From positions 28,539-92,538 of the forward strand of contig JAFLSQ010000004.1 in NCBI GenBank assembly GCA_022510865.1: DNA of 64,000 nt. Reading direction: 5' to 3'. Below the pieces are notes generated by a model. The model made no database searches, was not told the DNA's origin, and was given only the letters and a program-made list of their open reading frames with translations. The first letter of the stretch is position 1; each line of letters begins with the position of its first letter. Shown here in pieces: positions 63,796 through 64,000 of this stretch. The translations under genes were made by a program, and so were the position numbers. This stretch comes from Treponema sp. (GTDB taxonomy: Bacteria > Spirochaetota > Spirochaetia > Treponematales > Treponemataceae).

Positions 63796-63870
63796 TTAAA
63801 TGCGTGAAAAGTCCAGGAGGCATGATTTTTTGTCTAACGAATGTAAGTGGTAACTCGACCCGCCGTCCAT
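63796..63870 (-). other. Candidate 24-codon upstream ORF in the corA leader
   Basis: AAGGAGG (63882-63876), 5 nt, ATG 63870. Encodes MDGGSSYHLHSLDKKSCLLDFSRI, with the stop at 63798-63796. Confidence 0.25.
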
Positions 63871-63897
63871 AATCGCCTCCTTAAAATCTGATGGGAT

Positions 63898-63926
63898 ATT
63901 CTACAATATTCGGCGGATTTAGTAAA
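63898..63926 (-). promoter_or_regulatory. Candidate sigma70 promoter for corA, giving a leader of about 140 nt
   Basis: Minus strand: TTTACT-17 nt-TAGAAT. Confidence 0.4.
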
Positions 63927-64000
63927 GGTTCGCGCGGCATGTGCGCGGATATTTTTGCGGATGCCTTGATGCGGGATTTCCGTGCCTGCGTGCAAGACCC

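Noticed and set aside
63751-63897. M-box (ykoK) Mg2+ riboswitch in the corA leader, prompted by CGTTAG...GCCTCCTG, which resembles the start of the Bacillus M-box.
   Set aside because: The spacing between the two elements differs. I could not find the other conserved M-box helices, and the leader is slightly short. A covariance-model scan would settle it.
1-64000. Scan for CRISPR arrays, IS or transposase genes, phage integrases next to the tRNA, toxin-antitoxin pairs, restriction-modification or other defence modules, and rRNA genes.
   Set aside because: None was seen. The two tyrosine recombinases have Xer-type motifs and a housekeeping context (one after ftsZ, one before hslVU). The tRNA-Pro is flanked by core metabolic genes with no direct-repeat att-like duplication that I could find.

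Overview
This window is densely coding and looks like core chromosome from a spirochete. Gene content and order fit a Treponema-type genome best. Evidence for that: a cheA-cheW-cheX-cheY operon with the spirochete phosphatase CheX; tandem FlaA-family flagellar sheath paralogs; a compact mraZ-rsmH-ftsL-murF-ftsW-ftsQ-ftsA-ftsZ cluster; and xerC-hslV-hslU followed by flgB-flgC-fliE-fliF-fliG-fliH-fliI-fliJ. Other genes are housekeeping or transport: malQ, deoD, manA, fba, dprA-topA, glpK, purC, a YtfQRT/YjfF-like sugar ABC transporter, tRNA-Pro(GGG), icd, a U32-family Fe-S protein, ssb, a hisC-like gene and corA. I call 57 CDS (one truncated at the window edge), 1 tRNA, and a set of hairpin terminators and sigma70-type promoters, all read by eye. 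I saw no rRNA, CRISPR array, transposase, prophage or defence island, so I do not claim a new multi-gene system. The observations most worth follow-up are: (1) a recurrent -10 box 6-8 nt upstream of an ATG with no Shine-Dalgarno, at six or seven operon-first genes, suggesting leaderless mRNAs; (2) a 1453-aa protein with a roughly 890-aa hyper-acidic repeat region, one TM helix and a TPR-like C-terminus; (3) four GTGG boxes at exact 10-bp phasing abutting mraZ; (4) a perfect 13-bp inverted repeat whose arm recurs as an 11-mer in other spacers; (5) a near-consensus internal promoter between fliE and fliF; (6) a corA leader with a Shine-Dalgarno-led 24-codon uORF; (7) a U32 protein carrying the C-x6-C-x15-C-x3-C Fe-S motif. 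All product calls rest on motif recognition from the translations. No database search was run.
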